This document shows, piece by piece, positions 59,651 through 64,000 of a stretch of 64,000 nucleotides of DNA. This stretch comes from Lingula anatina (lineage: Eukaryota; Animalia; Brachiopoda), in contig CM120645.1 in NCBI GenBank assembly GCA_051362555.1, positions 15,624,001 to 15,688,000 on the forward strand, in the 5' to 3' direction. A model generated the notes under the pieces. The model saw only the letters and a list, made by a program, of their open reading frames with translations, was not told the DNA's origin and searched no databases. How positions within the stretch are numbered: the first letter of the stretch is position 1; each line of letters begins with the position of its first letter. The position numbers were made by a program, and so were the translations under genes.

Positions 59651-60640
59651 GGTATTTGCAAAACACTATACACACTTTAGCCTTTAAAACAACCGATGAA
59701 AAATTTACTATCATTATGAAATCTCAAGAAGAAGAAACCCCTACCGCACTAGCTCAGTTTCTCTCCTCCGCTTTTGCTAGGAGTGATCTAGAGGACTGCT
59801 CCACTCATCGGCAATTAGTAATTGAGTAGTAGTAATAGAAACTCGAGTTAATTTTTTAGAAAGTAAATAGTCTTACTTATTGTGATTGTTTAATAGCCTT
59901 TCACTGAAATAATATTTGTATTGTCATTTTTATCCACCCAGGTGGATGCATATGTTACAGTGAAATTAACTATAAACTATAAAAGTTATTTTTAATTACA
60001 CACTTTACAAACAGTGCGTGGTTCAAGTGTCTCGATTTGTGAGCATAACGGAACATTACATTTTGAAAACAATGAAAAAATAAGAGGCAAGCCAAAATCA
60101 GAGAAAATCCATTTTTCTCTTATATGCAAATTAAGCCCACCATTAGTAAGTAATATGTGGCTGGCTTGAAGTGATGTTCATATCAGAGATTTGTAAAGGT
60201 GATGATCTTGATGGCCTTCATGATCTTTATGGTGATATAAAAAATCTTATCTAAGTTTTCCGTTGTCATCTGGTGAGAAAGAAACTTTCTGTACCAACAC
60301 AATCATTTCACAAGTGAAGAATAGATAGCAAACGCGCTTCAGAGATGTCCTGCAGACGACACGACTTTTGCAGGGGCGGATCCAGGATTATTTGAAGGCG
60401 GGTGGGGATGGGGGGGTAACGGATGCGAAGAGAGTATTTCGTATTTAAGAGAGCGAACGGTGTCATTTGGTACGGTTTAGAAATACCGTTTGATCCAGTT
60501 AGTCAAAGTTCTAATTTCAAGAGGGGCCATTTTTTTCAGAAATCGAAAGGGAGTGGAGTCAGCCCCCCCCCCCCCCAAATCCGCCACTCTAATAGTCTAG
60601 TGAGATTTTTGAAAAAAGGCTCTGCATAAGAGGCAAGGGG

Positions 60641-63600
60641 CATTTTGGGGTAAAAGTTGGGAACTAGGCTTATTAGCATAATTTTGGGATGCTGATTCCG
60701 ATTAACCCGGTTCCCAAGCGAAATTTTGCGTTTTTAACGGTCTAATTTGCAAAAAAACAAAATGGCCGCCAGATTTCCTATTTTCTGCAATATCTCTGGA
60801 ACAAGACAGGCAAATATGACAACTGAAGTGTCTTTACCTATATTTTCAGGGTCGAGGAACATTATTAAGATGTTTCTGTTAAAATCAGATTTACGCAATT
60901 TTCCTAAATATGCAAATTAGGATCGCCATTACTGAAAAACCGTTTTACTTCTGTATCTCTGTAACTAGGTAAGCAAACATGACAAATAAAGTGTCTACAC
61001 CTATGTTCTCAGGGTCAGGGAATGTGACAAATCAGATGTCTTGTCTGATGGGTAGCACTGACTTTGTGAATCGTGTCCGAGTAGCACCTTTTATTGTTTC
61101 TTCCCTGTATCTGTCAAACACTAGTCAATCTGCTGATAGTTAGAACCTGCCTACAGAACTGCTCTTACGTACGTGTCAGCCAAACTACGAAAGGCCACTG
61201 CATTGTCAGGCTTTCCCAGTGAAATTGCCAGTGCTTGCCACGGATCCAGGATTATTTGAAGGGGGGAGTCCGCGGATGCAAAGCCTCCCCCCCCCCCCAC
61301 TTGGCAACGGGTTAGGGGCCTGTTGAAGGGCCATGAACAATTTTGGTATTTAAGAGGGCGAACGGTGCCATTTGGTTTGGTTTACAACTATGATTCAGCT
61401 AGTCAAAATTATAATTTCAAGTGGGGGACAAGAATTCGAAGGGGGGGGGGGTCAGGGCCCCCTTGAGCCCCCCTCTAAATCCGCCACTTGGTTAGGAGTC
61501 ATTCAGTTTAATTTCATCAGGGCAGAATACGTCTTCTGTTAACCTTTCTGTTACAGATTTGGTCTCAACGAAATCGTTTAGAAGCTTGAGAAACTGCTCA
61601 GACTTGCTATTAACACAGAAATGTTTTCTGTATCGTCAATCATTTAATTGGATTCAATAGAATATCAGAAGATTAAAGTTAAAATTCAAGAAATTTTGTA
61701 AATTAAAATGAAACGATACCAACGGGTAACCAGTAATAGGCTAATGGAAAAATCGCTGAAATGGATGAGGTGAGATGTCATCGTGTACTTAAAGTATACA
61801 CATACATATTGACATTTAATATGGAATATTTTAGTTCAAAAGCAAAGTGTTGATAATAATTTTTTTTTTTAGAAAAATTGATCAAATACGACAATTGTGA
61901 TCAGGTATATGTGTAGCCAGGTGTGTTGGTTATTGTTCATTAGGCTGCTTTCTCTGAAGCGCGGTTATATTACGTAATATGTGGCAGTTTCTCTGAGCAG
62001 TCCTCTTTGGCTGGTTACAGAATGCTTATAAAAGGGCAGCAGTGCTGCAGAATAAGTCTCTATATTTCGGCAATGTCCAGTCAAATAGTTTGATATTTTG
62101 CAGACTGTTAGCTTATCTTACGGTATGTGAACTAACGGCAGCAACTTGCCACACTATTGTTGCATTATGCCAGAATGGACTGAAGCAGACTGCTATTGCC
62201 AAACAACTGCATGTGTCCCAGGGTGCAGTTTCTAACGTCTTACAAAAACACGCCCAGACTGGTACATTAACACAGAGACCACGGCCAGGACGTCCTAAAG
62301 TCACCACCAGAAGGGTAGACCGCACATATGCTTCTGCGGTTATGTCGCAACAACCGGACAAAGACAACTCTTGCTGTAAAAAATGAGTGGCAAATTACCA
62401 TTCAAAAGTATGTTTCTAGAACTCTAGTGAATGCAAGGCTACTTTTAGTTGGCTACCTCTATTAACAGAGCAACACCAACATCTGCGTCTGGGGTGGGCT
62501 AGACACCATTTGCGGTTCCAGGCACAGCACTGGGTTCATGTTGATTTTTACAGATGAGGCAGGGTTTGAGTTCCACCACCGTGATGGCTAAATCAGTCAG
62601 TAGGCTTCCAGACGAGTTACTGCACGAGGATTGTGTCACACTAGTGACTTGTGGCCGTGGCAGTATCTGTGTATGGGCCGGTTTCCACACTGGAGCCAAA
62701 ACACTATTGGTGGCAATTGATGGAAACCTCAACCAGATAAAATAAAAGGACATTTTAGAGAATACTTGCTTGCAATTTGCAAGAAGGTGCTTCCAGGACA
62801 ACTTCATCCTGCAAGATGACAATGCCCGACCACATGTACACCGTGCCCATGCAATGGCTGCTTTTCTGCAAAACCAAGAGGTAAACCAGTTGCCTTGGCT
62901 GACGGAATTCCCCTGACATGAATTCTATAGAAAACCTGTGGGCATAAATCGCTAGCAGAATCAACAGCTAACCCGTCCAGCCTACAAATCGGCACAAGCT
63001 TAGGCAAGCTCTGACTAATGCGTGTAACACAATACTGGATCAAACTCTCAGAAACCTCTCTGCATGGATCCCTGGCCGAGTGAGGGCTCTGGTTGCAGCT
63101 AGAAGAGGCTGCATGCGTTCTTATCAGTTCCCATTTTTCACATTTGTCTTGATGATTCTGTTGTGTAAGAGAAAATCCTTACCAACTGATATTCTTGATA
63201 ATATCGAGTTCATAAGTATTTAATACTTTGTTGTTATCAGCTATAAAATTATCCGTGCGCTGTTTATAACGCTGATTTGAATACGCGTTTTTAAATTAAA
63301 TTTTTGATGATGTATTCACATGGATTGATTTATTAAAGCCATATCGAACATGATAACAAGTGTTTTTTCATCCATTACTTATATATGGGAAAAAATCAAA
63401 GAAAATATGTTTGAAAAAAATCCATTTAAATGTCAAGTCCGTACATTGCATCACATGAATTACTTGATTCAGCAAATCCCTCCATTGCATAAATAAGGAA
63501 ATCTTTTTTAAATCTAGGTAAAAGGGGCAGTTGTGTGATCCAATATGTTTACATCCCAATGGCAGCGCAGTGTTTAATTGCAAAATTCAATTCAGATTCG

Positions 63601-64000
63601 AATAATTGCTACAGTGTGACAGTGTAGCACTCATTGCTGATTTGATTATAGTGAAAATGTCTTAACCACTTTCCCTAACGCTGAAAACATAGGTGTGGGC
63701 ACTTCATATGTCATGTCTGCTTGCCTAGTTAACATATGAGCAGTTCTGAAGACAGGTTCTAACTATCAGCAGATTGACTTGTGTTTGACGGATACAGGGA
63801 AGAAACAATAAAGGTGATACTCGGGCACGATTCACAAAGTTAGTGCTACCCATCAGACAAGACATCTGATTTATCACATTCCCTGACCCTGAGAACATAG
63901 GTGTAGACACTTCTTTTGTCATATTTGCTTGCCTAGTTACAGAGATACAGAAGTAAAACGGTTTTTCAGTAATGGCGATCCTAATTTGCATATTTAGGAA
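60641..64000. mobile_element. Putative long-TIR DNA element; inverted arms 60901-61170 and 63732-64000, right arm runs off the window
   Basis: About 270 bp of high-identity inverted repeat is visible. The left boundary near 60641 is estimated from a terminus-like sequence. Confidence 0.6.
62120..63125 (+). pseudogene. Tc1-family DD34E transposase pseudogene
   Basis: HTH QTAIAKQLHVSQGAVSNVL, RPRPGRPKVTT, WVHVDFTDEAGF, GRGSICVWAGF, FILQDDNARPH, PDMNSIENLWA; several frameshifts and stops. Confidence 0.9.

Overview
This is AT-rich, intron-containing eukaryotic DNA, most likely from an invertebrate animal (inferred from gene content and repeat landscape). I found no prokaryotic features, CRISPR arrays, or rRNA/tRNA genes, and most ORF-track entries are spurious or single exons. 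Manual GT-AG splicing gives six genes. (1) MON1, minus strand, running off the left edge. (2) A 3-exon gene for a 69-aa secreted 8-cysteine peptide, only partly visible in the ORF track. (3) A 3-exon, 466-aa divergent IDO/PrnB-like heme protein with a C-terminal hydrophobic anchor. (4) A 16-exon, 403-aa aminoacylase-1-like gene in which a Zn-ligand Glu and the dimer-interface catalytic His are substituted. (5) An otopetrin-like gene with an intronless CDS, nested antisense in intron 8 of gene 4, with both conserved titratable residues changed to Gln. (6) KLHL12, plus strand. Introns and intergenic DNA carry Helentron-type (HINE) elements with 161-bp internal satellites, several MITE families and decayed Tc1 elements. 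The most notable observations are the block of intact but active-site-divergent genes between two housekeeping genes, and an excess of TACATGTA that looks like transposon excision footprints. All family assignments come from motif recognition, not database searches.
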